A DNA stretch of 64,000 nucleotides from Eremomyces bilateralis CBS 781.70 (Eukaryota): NCBI GenBank assembly GCA_010015585.1, contig ML975178.1. One strand, written 5' to 3'. A model generated the notes under the pieces. The model was not told where the DNA came from. It worked only from the letters and a program-made list of their open reading frames with translations, and did no database searches. The position numbers and the translations under genes are program-made. Positions 50,157-63,100 of the stretch are shown here, piece after piece; within the stretch, counting starts at the first letter, position 1; the number at the start of each line of letters is the position of its first letter.

Positions 50157-53033
50157 GATCAGGAGATGCGGAAAGACGTGGAGCAAATCAACTCTCCCAA
50201 TCAATGGCCCTGCGAATATGAAACGGGTCCGTCGTGCCGTTAAGTATCCCGTCCCATGCGGCTGGAGAGTCCCAAGGTGTTGGATCGGCCGCACACCCTA
50301 TCTCATCTTGATCATGCAGGCGAACACCAGATCTCAGCCACCAGATCGTAGGACCAGACCTTTTCTGGCCGTTCTCACCGGCAGGGCGATGGATACCAAC
50401 GAATAAGATCACGGATTCGCCACCAAGGGGGGCTTCTTGCGCGGCACAGTGAAACAATTGAACAAGGGAGCAAGGCAGGATGGAAGAACTAATGGCTGAC
50501 AGAACAATGAATGGTACTTGGTGACGAGATACGGAGGTCGGGCAACCTGACAATGACGAATTTCAAATGCAAAGCTCGCGGAAATCCGCAAGACCAATGC
50601 AGCAGCGACCCAAATCGGAAAGGAAAGAACGATTTTGACGCCAGATCTTCCCGCCCCTCTAAGGCTATGTGACGTGCAAGCGATAGAATATTGGAATTTG
50701 GAACTAATAATCTTTGGTGAACCGCCAGCTTGTCCCAGGAATCTAGGATCGTCAAACGGATCAACGAGGCGGGTGATCTACCCTCCCTTCCAACCGGAGA
50801 GACGAACCACCGAAACGCCTCACCTTGCGAGAAAAAATTAACCAATAAGATGGGTAGTAAAACCGATGCTGATTGTTGACTTTGGGGATTCCGCTCCAAT
50901 ACGATGGTACAACTTTCAAGCCTACAGGTCATATGCGGTGCTGCCATGCCATTTCCGAGTCCTTGGGTCATTTCTGATCTCTGTGCATAATGGGCAACCG
51001 AACATGCGGACACACAGGCACATGGGTACTCAGGAAAGGGAGAGGGAAAACCCGAGCCCTTGAAACCGGGAAATTTGCAGACGGGCAAGGGCTGGGAGGA
51101 AAAGCAATCAACGATACGAACCGGAGAGACTGGGCGTCGGGCTTCGATGACCGATCGCACAGGGGCCCGACGGAACCGAGAGAAGCCCGCATCGTCCGGT
51201 GCGGTACCTGGCCGAAATGAGCGGAGAGACATGAATCAATTATCAGTGACTTTCTGACGCGGCTCAAAGGGAATGCTACAGCCACTGGATCAAGGATGGT
51301 TCCCGGGCTCCCAGTATCGTCGTCAGAAAAAACGCGGGACGGGGGCACTGACCAATTCCTTGGCATCTAGTAACCAAACGCGAACCAAACGAACTAGCAC
51401 AAGCGCCCAACTGCAGTCTCGTTCCCTCGATTCAGGAGATGCCCCAAAGTGCAACGTCGCAGACTCGCAGTCCTCTGTCGCTTCCCAAGTGGAGATTGCT
51501 GATCTTCGCACGGCAAAAAAAAAAACAAAACCAAGGGAACAACCAGTCGCAACCGATGAGAAAGTCAGGACAAGCAATTACGCAACAGGTACACCAAAAA
51601 TAAAAGAACGAGGCGACAAGACGGGTCGTGCTGGTCGTCGGGATGGATAAGCGGTTGTAATGATTTGCTCGATCCGGGGGAATATCCAGGGATGGACGGA
51701 GATCGGGGCAATTAGAGCGCGGAGATCGTCAGGGATCCGGGCTGCAAGTGCAACTGAGCCGCTGGGCCCACTGCTTCTGCACCAGTGCGCCAACCCCGAC
51801 GACCCTTGTCTGCTTCATCCGATCCTCATGCGCCACACGCCCCGACACGCCAAGGCGAGCTAGCGTAAACCACCGACTGCAGGGATGCGACAGGGTTGAT
51901 CCGAGGATTTGGCTGGTGGGAACGGGTGGAACTTAGGGATTTGGGAAACGACGCTACCGGTACTTGCCGTGATCAGATCCTGATCTAAATTTTCCCCAAT
52001 CCACTGGTCAAGACGCATGAATCATGAGTGATGATCGTCACCGGATCACTGGGCTACCTTACTCGTACGTTTATTGAGATTTTGCTGGGACTTATCATTT
52101 ACTACTACTAAGTATCAGAGCTAGCTAGTCAAGCGCATGAAGATTTAAGACTGTATGAATCAAAGAATGGAGACGGTGATGACTTGGATGATTCATGACT
52201 CTGATGAGCGATATTGCGTGCAGACGACCGTGTTTGTTACTCTTCGCTGCCGTCCATCCGACCGCGCTCTCCGTTCGCTAAATGTCTGAACTCGGAAGTC
52301 CGAACACATCGGCAATCCAGATTTCAGCCAATCCCCACTCCATCCAGTCAGATCCGATCCTCCGAGTCCCTCCGCCCTGCTCTGCCATGCCAAGATCGCC
52401 GTCCTGCGTTCGACGCAGGTCTCGACCCAACTCGCCCCTCGGCCACGGCGGGATGCGGGCTTGCAGGTCAGTCGGTTTATCTATAGGACTGCGATGTGGT
52501 GCGGCGTCGAGAAGCAAGCAATCAAGCGGCGGGCAGGACGGAGCAGCTGTGACCTGGTATTCGGGATGCGGCGGGACTGATGCATGGCATTGCAGATTGC
52601 AACGGGTGTCGTACAGATTACAGAGGGAGACAGTGCACGAAGAAGCAAGTAAATAATGTTGCGATTTGGGAGTAGAATTCCATTACGGAATCAGATAGGC
52701 CATGACTTATCGGAGTGAGTGGTGGTGGCTGTTGGAGACGCGTAGCACAAGCCATGCAATTGTTTCCAGAATGTCGATCATCCAAAAACTCAATGGTGGT
52801 ACAATGTACATAATGACTTACATATTGACATGACAGAATCGAGGGTTGTGGCGGCGGTGCTTTTCTCAGAATTACTCAATCTCATCATTCAGCCGGACCA
52901 CAACATGCTTCTCCGCCCAGTGACACCCCTTCCTCTCTCCTACCACGGGTGACATCTCAACAAACCCCCCTAATCTCGATCCTGCCCCTCCACCGTGCAA
53001 CAAACAAGATCAATATCCACGCCACCACCAACC

Positions 53034-55103
53034 CTAACACACCGCCGTATGGATCGCCATTTTTCCCTGCTTTCGATCCTCCTCCACACTCCGCTTCCGC
53101 TTCTTCGTCGAATGCATTTTCTCCACGCTGTCCGCCGAGAGTGACTGCCACGCCGCCAGATCGCCCTCGCTTATCTGCATCACTGTCTCCGTCACTGATA
53201 CTAGGTCGCCGATCAGCCGGTCTATCAGGTCCATCGACACCGATTCGCGGACCACCACCCGGAGAATCTCCGTGTTCTGCTCGTTGGCGGGAAGCGGGTA
53301 GTCTGTGATTTATTGGTTAAGTTTGCTTTTTGGGGGGGGGGGGGGCTAGATTGGTTGCGCCATGTAGGGTTTGCGGTTTAGAGCTGAAGGACGCGAAGGC
53401 GATGGGTGGGTTTATTGGTGGTGTTGATGGCGATGATCGCTATTGAACTTACTCGGGACGATGTACTGCCGCGCTCGAAGCAGCTGGCTCACCGCCGCCT
53501 GCTTGACGTGCGGATACTCCTTCTTGAACTGCTCCGTGAACGCGAACGCGACCACCGGCAGCCCCTCGTTGTAATCCGCGCTGGACTCGCTGCGGACGAA
53601 TTCCTTTTGCCCATGGTACCCCCAGTCCCCCTTCTTCCGATGCACGTCGCTGAGGCACCGATACCAGCCCGTCGCTTCGAGGCTGCGGCTGAGTAGGCGC
53701 GCGACGGCGAGGCAGTTCTCCATGATGCGCTTGTACCCAGTGAACCCCAGGCGCATGAAGTTGAAGTACTGCACGACGACCTGGCCGCCCGGGCGCGAGA
53801 AGTTGAGAGTGTAGGATTCCTCCTTGCCGCCGAGGTAGTTGAGCTCGAAGACGAGATGCCTCGGGAGGTAGTGTTGGTCGCGGAAGATGATCCAGCCAAG
53901 GCCGGGCGAGACCAGTCCGTATTTGTGGCCTGAGACATTGATGGAGTGGACGCGCCGGATCTTGAAGTCCCTGCGCGATCGATTTGTATTAGACATCTGC
54001 ACGCCTCGTCGATCATCCAGTTTGCGAACTCACCATGCCCCCCCTCCAACTCCAGCGTCGGTAAACGGGGCAACGAGCCCTCCGCTCGCTGCATCCACAT
54101 GAATCGGCACATCCAGCCCCTTTTCCTTCTGTACCTCATCCAATAGCTCCGCGATTGTCTGCACCGGTTCGAAGTGGCCCGTATACGTTGATCCCAGGAT
54201 GATGTACACCCCAATGGTATTCTCATCCACATTCTCCTTCACCAGCCTCTCATCCAGCCGATGATGGCTCTCCTTCGACACCGGCAAGATCCTCGCTTCC
54301 ACCTCAAAGTACCGCGCGAACTTCTCCAACGCCACCTGTGCGTTCGCCCCCATGATGATGTTCGGTTTCGACGTGTCTTTCCCTTCGGCTTCACGCTTCT
54401 CTTTCCACCGCCGCTTCATTGCGAGCCCCCCAAGCTGGATCGCTTCCGACGACCCCGTCGTCGCCGTCCCGATGGCCCTTTCGCCCGGTTGGACGTGCCA
54501 GAGGTTCGCGAGGATGGAGACGCAGCGCGCGTGGATGTCCATGAGCGTGGGGTACTCGTCCGAGTCAGCGAGGTTCTTGTTGTAGTTGTCCTTGAGGAGC
54601 CGCTCCGCCTCCGGCTCGAGGTATGTGGAGACGAATCTACACGAACTTAGCTCCAACCCTCTCTCGTTCTATTCCATGCTATTTCCTTACGATGCCAGAT
54701 TGAGTGCCGGACGTCCTAATCCGTTAGATCGGGATGGGTCGTCCTTTCACCGGAATCTAGCACTCACCGTCTAGCGACAGTTCATCATCGAGGATCTGAC
54801 GCACGTCACTTGGATCCCCTCCATTGGTAGGGAGCCGAAACTTGCTCAGTTCAATAGAGCGACCATCTCGGGCGGTATACGGAGCAAAATGGGATACATG
54901 GCTCTTCGCATGTTTCCCACGCGGGGAGTCACGGAGGAGCTCAACCAGCTCTTCCGGATCGATCTGATCAAACAGTTAGGCCCAGGTTTGATAGTATGAA
55001 GGTTGTCACAAGAGAAAATAAAAGGGTAGGAGGGACAGTATGGATGTAGGTATTTTGAAGTTGATCAAGCAGCATTGAGACTCACGTGAGTGGACAGCGG
55101 CAT
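53034..55103 (-). CDS. GAD1: Glutamate decarboxylase (PLP-dependent)
   Basis: MPLSTH-IDPEEL, ELSLDGRPALNLASFVST, TATTGSSEAI, IHVDAASGG and PLP lysine motif SINVSGHKYG; includes a 25-nt exon at 54691-54715. Confidence 0.94.
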
Positions 55104-56225
55104 CTTTCAATGCGACACTACAGCGGCAGGTTTGATATGACCTATGAATTGCAGTAATTGGAAGCAAAGCAAAAGGACGGAGGTGGCAATTAGAAATGAA
55201 AAGGCAATTCAATGTTAAAGAAACCAGCCATTGCGTTGTTGCTTGCTCTTCGGTTTCATAAGGGAACACCGTTCTGATATCTGCCGGTAATATTGCGAGA
55301 ATGGTGATGGAGGAATGAAGTAACCGTCACGTCATATATCAGGAAAACCTGCCCGAAGCTGGAAATCTATTTACTGCTCATACCTATGAAAAGAAAAATA
55401 TGCAAACCTTCAAATTATATTCGGAGTCTAGTAATCCGCAGGTTCTTATGCTCGACTCCATATCCGCAGACGAAACAACAAATGAGAGGGGTTGATCATG
55501 AAGTCATCAAAAGCACGATTGGGGGTTACCTCTTGTTCGTTCATGAAATTTACGCTAGAACGTTGGAAGTCTAGATTATTGAGTCCTTCAAATATCGTCA
55601 GCATGGATACCTGAGATATCCATAAGTGTCTATCGTGGAATACCGGGACATAATACCTGCTACAATGCTGCCTCACTCAAGTTAATTGGCATCTTAACCA
55701 TCAAAATATCATCCAATTACTCCGTATTCCATCGGCGCTTTTGGTCGAATTAACGCCGACATCCTAAGTCTCACTGCTCTCGAATCTCGATAACCTAGGC
55801 TGCGTCATTCTTCCAAGCACGTCAGTCTAGTATAGAATCCCGATCTGCTACTTGTCGGATTCCGTCAGAGGCACATGGGATCGCGTCAAGACTCCAGTCT
55901 ATCTCGTAAGGATTTCTCAGTTGGACCATGAACAATTGGACACGGCAGATTGGCTGAAGCTCCTGGAACACGGAGCATACATCAACCCGATCGTCATCTG
56001 CGGGGCCGAAAGCTTGTATTCGTCATCATCTCATCGAGCTCTGCCCTGCCGGAGGCCTTGGAGCGAGCGACTCTCATGGTCTCACCACCACCATCCGATC
56101 TGTTCTAGTATACTGTAGTTTAGTTCATCTCTTCGCTTTGTGCTTCTTCTTTTCGTTCGTAGGTTTACCTTCATCATTTGTCAATTCGACTTGTTCTTCC
56201 ATACCCCGCCATTGAACCCACAAAC

Positions 56226-57723
56226 ATGCGGTTCTCTCCCATCGTAGCGCTAGCCGCTACTAGCACAGCGTGGGTACTTCCCAACGAGCAGATCGTCGAA
56301 TCCATTTCCGAACTTCACGAGCAAGTCGACACGGCCTGGGTCCATCTCCCAAGTAAAGATGAAATCGCCGACGGCGTCCGAGATGTCCTCGATAATGTCG
56401 TGGAGACATCGACCAACGCCATCGATGAGGCCATGCGATCCATGAGCCGCGTCGTAGACCTTGTTGGTGCTGATCGGTTCCCGGAGGAGTTCTTTGATGT
56501 GACCTCCTGGCTGGAGTCGTCCATGATTGACGATGTCGATACCTTCGAGGACGACGAACCTCCGCATCATGGTCCTCCGCATCATGGTCCTCCAGACCAT
56601 AAGCCCCCACACCATAAGCCCCCACACCATAAGCCCCCACACCACGGCCCGTCGAATCTGACGGTATACGAACTCATCTCGAAATCGAAGTATACCACCA
56701 AGCTTGCCGCGCTGATTGACGAGGACGAGGACCTGGTACAGCTATTGAACGGAACCGAAGCGAACTATACCGTCTTTGCCCCCGTAGACAAGGCCTTTGA
56801 GAAGCTCCCCCACCACCACAAGCCTCCAAAGGAGCTCATCAAGAAGCTTCTGACCTACCATGTTGCCGACGGCCTGTATTCGCCAAAACGATTGCTGATC
56901 AGCCAGACCATCCCCACCCGCTACGAACCAGATACCCTCAATGGCCCGCAACGTATTGCCGTGAAGCTAAGCTTCAAGGGCCTGACACTCAACTACTACT
57001 CCAAGTTCATCGTCTCCAACATCGTAAGCCATCCCTTCCTCCCCATCTTTCCGCAATTAACACCCCCAGCCCGCCACCAACGGCCTTATCCATGGCATCG
57101 ACTCCCTCCTCTTCCCTCCCCTTCCCACCACCCCCCTCCTCTCCCTCCTCCCCTCCTCCTTCAGCACCCTCACCCTCGGCCTCCACCAAACCGGTCTCCT
57201 CCCCCTCCCCCCACACACCGGCGCCACCTTCTTCGCCCCCTCCAACTCCGCCTTCAAAAAACTCGGTCCGCGGATCAACGCCTTCCTGTTCTCCCCGCCC
57301 GGCCACAAGTACCTGAAAGCCCTCCTGCAGTACCACATCGTGCACAACGAGACCCTGTACTCTGACGCCTTCTATGGGCCCAAGCACGAGGGAAGCTCTA
57401 CAGCTATGGATCCAGACAACGTCGCCCCGCCGCACTTCCACGTCGATCTCCCCACGCTCCTCGAGGGCAAGCATCTGAGCGTCGATGTCGGTCGCTGGGG
57501 CCCGTTTGCCGGGATCCGGATTAACGGGTTCGCGCGCGTCGCGGTCGCGGATGGGGTTGCGAAGGACGGCGTGGTGCATGTGGTGGGGAGGGTGTTGATC
57601 CCGCCTAAGGAGCCGAAGGGGCAGGAGGATCTGGGACTTTGGATGGGTGAGGAGATGGAGGTGGAAGAGTTGGTGGAGAGGCTGGGGCCGTTGGAGGAGA
57701 AGGGGTGGAATTGGGAGTTGTGA
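56226..57723 (+). CDS. Secreted fasciclin (two FAS1 domains) with a His/Pro repeat
   Basis: Signal peptide MRFSPIVALAATSTA; YTVFAPVDKAF, LLTYHV, ATNGLIHGIDSLL, TFFAPSNSAF and AKDGVVHVVGRVLIP; intron ~57024-57069. Confidence 0.9.
56559..56650 (+). repeat. 15-bp coding tandem repeat encoding (PPHH[G/K])n
   Basis: CCTCCGCATCATGGT x2, then CATAAGCCCCCACAC x3. Confidence 0.85.
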
Positions 57724-58582
57724 GCGAGGAGTATGGGGGAAATAAGGGTGAGCATGCGGAGCGGGTCGTCAGGAGCGAGAGGTTGGTGGATGATTCGACT
57801 GTTGATGTTAGGAAGCATATGATGCCGAGTATCTGTGCGAGAGGCGCTTGGTGGCGCGGCAAGGTCGCTATGAACGAGATGAAGGAGATGATGAAGCACA
57901 GACAACGATTCAGAAATAATGGCGGAGTTCCGGTTAGGCAATGGAATGGTCGTCATCACTTTCCCATGAAGTTTTGAACCTTGCGCATTTTCATTGTCAC
58001 TAGTTCGGGGGTCATCATGCCTTTCTAACATGAGGCCTAGCAGCCTCGAATCGCCATCGTCTTCCTCCTATGTCCAGGGCCTAGCAGCCCAGATCGGCGT
58101 TGCCGAATGTAAAATTGATATCGCTCCATGTCGAGGTCTAGCAGCCTCCAGATCGCTATGCAGAAGTACAGCGCGCAATATATTAGTCTAAGGCCGTGAA
58201 GAATGCCTTGCACCACCGCGTAACGGGCATGATTAAAATCGGCGGTATACAGAATAAGTGTAATCGATGGTGTATAGATGAGTGGAGAGTGGGGAGAGGG
58301 GCTTCTGACGGAGAGAAAGGAAAATGCTTTCCCGCTTTCGTAATAAACCGGAAATCAGAGAATCAGGGCCGAATGTTTTCCATCCGAAGCAAATACCAAT
58401 CCATGCATGCAAATCATCGCAGAAAGCCATCAAACATCGCTGAAACAGGAAAACAGAAAAACAAAACTGTCAACGCCGTGAGAAAATGCGTCACCGTCTC
58501 TTTCGTAGGAACCGTTCCTCTCCTAACCGAACCCACCCACCCATTAAATCGACCGTTTCTTCAGCACTCATGAAGTATATTT

Positions 58583-60146
58583 CTATTGTGGTGGCCCTCC
58601 CTGCCCGTACGAGTCGCCATGCTCGCCGTACCACGGCCCGGCAAACGAACCCAGCATCGGCGCAGACACCTGCGAAGGCGGGTGACCCTGTGTCTGCTCC
58701 ACGTACGTCGGCCACGTTTGCGAATGTGAAAGCGGCTGCACCACGAAGCCGACTTGCTCGGAGGCCACGGAACTCGACACGGGGGCGTTGGTGGTCAAAG
58801 GGCGAGTAAAGGGAATCGCCGATGCCGGGACGGTGGATCCCGAGGTGGCGGAGGAGGTCGGCATGCGCCGGTGAGTGGGCGGCGCGCCGGTGTATTGGGA
58901 TGGGATGGTCGGGGTCGCGGCCGCAGGGATGACTTGTTGCCGTGCCAGCTCGGGGTGCTGGGGATCGAAGGCTAGGGGATTGGGGATGCTTGGGAGGGAT
59001 GCCTGGCGGGAACGCATGTCTTGCGGGTAGCCGGAGTCGGGGAAGGATGCGTAGGGGTTGAAGTTGGCGAAGTGGTCGGCGTTGCCGACGGAGAAGGAGC
59101 GGCCTTGAGCACCCAAGTCGAAGTTGGGGTTGTGTTGGTGCAGCATCTGTTCTTGAGGGGTCTTTGGTATTGGTGGTTGTGCTAGGAGTTGGCTTGGGAT
59201 TGGTGGTGGCGGTGGGTTCCATTGAGTAGGGAGGTTGGACTCATTAATGAATGGCTGATTGAATAAGGGGTTCCATATTGTCCCATATGACTGCGAGAAC
59301 CCTGCTATTCCGACGGTCAGTTCAGTGCGATCAGTAGAAAAGGTGTAACTTGCCTTCGGCAGGGTAATTCGGCGGAAACGGTCTGCCCATCCCTGAAGCA
59401 GAACTGGTATCGCTATCTTGAAGAGATTGATTTGAACCTCGTTGGTCATCCTCCTGTGATCCAGCCATAGCCGGTGATGGAGCAGAGGAGCCGGACAGTC
59501 CACTGTCGCTCTTGATCATGGATTGGGGACGAGTTTCTGTCGAGTTTGCCTGCTCCACTGGATAGAAATGGCATTCTTTTCGAAGTTTGATGCAGGTTTG
59601 ACACCTTCCCGACTTCTCGGTCGGCGCAATTACGCATCGTATCTTGCGTCTGCGACAGTGACCTGTGAGGATGATAAGCGGATGAACTAGTGACCACAGT
59701 CAAGCCACCACAATAGAGGGAGTCTCATTCGAAAGGAACTAACCACAGGCGACCGACGTTCTTTGATAACCTAGTTTATTGCGGGGCTTGGAGGTGTTTG
59801 GAGTGGTGGGCTCGCTATCTGGAGCCATTGCTGTCTCTCTTATTTGTGCCGCGGACAAAGTGTGTCGCAAACCATGCTCAAGACTGCACTGAGAAGTCCG
59901 CCGTTTCCTTCCAGATTCCAGAGCCGGGTCGGCTTGCCTTCCCGTCGGGGTTGGTGATGGCCGTGCCTGTGATGATGCGATGGCCGAAGATGCCTCCGCG
60001 ATAGACAATTCAGTGTGACCTAGTGCGGCGGGTGCACATGAGGACTTAACATCCGGGCCGAAGGAAAAGGCCGCAGCATTCGAGTAATGTGATATGTACT
60101 CGATGGAAGGCGTCGAAGGAAAGCTGTGTTGCGTGAGGAGAGCCAT
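58583..60146 (-). CDS. Zn(II)2Cys6 fungal transcription factor
   Basis: Splicing yields RTSVACGHCRRRKIRCVIAPTEKSGRCQTCIKLRKECHFYP. A second GC-AG intron (59305-59353) joins a P/Q/S-rich tail. The start could be 60146 or 59828. Confidence 0.88.
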
Positions 60147-63100
60147 TCGCTTACTCCAATTCAAGAAGCCGGAGAACGGACGAGGTACCCTGTACGGAAA
60201 CAGAGACTGAAGTCCTTCAACGACCCGGATCTAGACCTTTGCGAAAAGCCTTTGGGGAAAGCCAAAAGGCCCAGTCCGTCTGGATAGTCCAACGTATGGC
60301 TGTATCAATTCGTCCACTGGCGACTCCGAAAGGATACCGCTACATGATTATCGCCATTGACCAAAGGGATAGCGAAGTGTAGGAGTTGAGGGAGGAATGA
60401 CGGGAACAAACCGTGTGCTGGGTACCGTTCTGATCAGTGCTGGATCTCATCCTTCATCCAACGAGTTGCGGGGACGGTCCGTCGATCATTTTCGTCCTAA
60501 CTTAGTTTCCCAGTCCAGTCCACAGATGACGTTTGCTTAACACTGTAAGACTTCAAGCCTCCAGGCTTGCCTTTTACGTCAGTACATATGAGATTGTTGA
60601 CCCCCTGGCACCATGCAAGTCTTTACTATGGTCGGAACTAGATTGTGGTCGGATGGTACCACCCCTTGCTCCAGTGGAGGGCACAGGGGAAGCCACACGA
60701 GATTCCGAATCCTTCAAGTTTGCCTGCGCTGGAGATAAGTTACAGAGAACTGGTAGCCAGTAAGTAGTAGTGAGTAAGCTGTCGACTGCATATGGTACGC
60801 ATTGGCCATCGTCGACTTGGTGATACACCATATTACTGGGTACATGTTACAACACAAAAAGACAAGTGGGGATGATTGACAGGGTTAGTATTCAATCCGA
60901 AGTAACTGGTACCTGGGTAAGTTGCCCGTTGCCACATTTTTTAGTTGAGGAACTGGATAAGTACAACGTGAGTCGCGAGGCTGTCTCCGAGCGGAGCAAC
61001 GAAAAGACTGGAGACAAGATATACGGTACACCAGGGTGGATCGGTAAGGATCGCCGTCAGGGAGAAGTCCCGCTGTGTGCCTCGTGTGTTGCGGGTTGTC
61101 GTTAGGACCTGAGCCATTGAAGATCATCTTGCACCCTATTTTCGCATCTCTTCACCAGGCCAATACATGAAATCAAGGCTGGCGATTAGTGATGGTTTGA
61201 TGGGATGCATTTTGGTGGAGTGATAAGTCGGCCCTCCGTAAGCTGCACCACTCCTTGTGAGTTGTGCAACTGTTCAGGGGACCACGTCCAAACTCCCCAA
61301 GACACGATGACCTTGAATTTCCTCCAAGAGACCAGTGCTTCATGGGAGCCGCTAAGATGTGGTCAATGCACCAACCGGTCTGCTGTGAGTGTTGTCCGAA
61401 ACGCCACAATGCGGATTAAAACCGTTATCAAGGGTCACCATTGACATGGCGCCCAGCAGCTCCATCGCTGCCCCGCTGCCCTGGTATTTTCATGCATCTC
61501 CAACCGTAAAAGTCTAGAAGGCGTTCAATAATTATGGATGTCGTCCAAATCGTCCGACTGATTGCTTTCTGATGTTATTTTAGTGAATTTTCCATGTGAA
61601 TTCCTCATTATCCAAACGGTTTGACCTTGCCTCCAGGTACTCAATCGACCATGCGTAGCGGTTTCTTGACTCTTCACTGGTTGCTCATCAGCCATCGCCA
61701 CGAATTTAGGACTAGCACATCGGTCAAGCCTGCCCACAGTCCATTGCGTCTTCAGAAATGTCCGAAGTCCATATCATTGGTCAATCAACCAACGGCCCCA
61801 TGATCCAGCAACGCCACCTCGACAACGGGCCACAGCTGTATTCTTTGATCGTGGTTCTTGGGTGATCCGTTTCCCTAGTCATGGACTCGCTGGCGTCAGC
61901 ACGTGGAGCTCAAGAAGCAATTGTCCAACAATTACCCTCATCTGGCTTCTGACTGCTAATATCTACATGTATGATAATCAATGATCCTGATTTAGGACTA
62001 ATTGGACAGATGAGAATTAAGAAAGTACTCGAAGTCCTTTGCTCCCTTTGTCTGCGGCAGCGGAGTGAGCGAACGGACTTGACGCCGTTCTCAAAAGTCA
62101 AACCTAATCTGGCCTTGGCTTGGGAATCGCTATGTACCCAGAAATTCCCTCGGATCATGCCACCATAAGCGATAGTTGTGGGATCTGCAAATTAAGGGCG
62201 CTGTGCCGCCAAGAGTGGACTGGACTGTTGGGATGTGAGAGCCCGTAGCCGATGGTGTGGGGAGCGGATGAGGGACGTTCATTTTATCGTCAACAGGGCC
62301 AAACCATGATAGGAAAGGTGTCGCACAAGCGCGGAGGCTTTGCCGGTGCACCGGAGGACCAGCGTTTTCATCCCCAGTCGCCCCAGAGACCCAGGCAAAT
62401 GATGAAAATGAGATGCTAGTACGGACGCGGGTCGACGGAGTACTCCGTGGTTCATGACGGAATTCGGGAATATCGTGGTTAGGGAACCAGAACAAAGCGA
62501 TATTTTGACTGTGGGGGAATATCAACGACCAATAATACCGATCTCAATCGCCATCGAAATGCAAGGAAATTTTCAGCAGCGTCAGGTTGTTTTCCATTAT
62601 TAGCCGCCTCATCCGTAAGGATTAAGGAACTACAATACCAATACGACATGGGCTGCTGCAACCTGCACATGGCACCAAAGGACCGAAGTGACATGAAAGC
62701 TGAAAGTCGATAGAGCTAAGGCAGGATTGGTGGGGGCAAATTTGACCATTGAGCAATGGGGACTGGTAAGTCATAATAGGAGTCCAAAACCTAATCTTCG
62801 AAGCTTTGCATAACGATGATCGCTTATAGAACGACGATGCGATTGAACCGAAATTTCAAAAGTTGAAACAAACGTCCTGAAAGATCGGGACCATCTCACG
62901 CACGTTGTGCATGTGGGCATGTGTGTCTGATCGAGGCACGAACTCACGGAGTACCTTAGCGCTACATTAATGCCCCATTGTTAAGTCTTTTTTTATTTTT
63001 TAGAACCGCTGAAGCCAGCAGCTAAAGACCAAGACACCCTCGGCTTCTTTTAGCATCTCGCACTGGTTCCCGTAAGGCAGAAATAAGCGAAACCTCTCAT

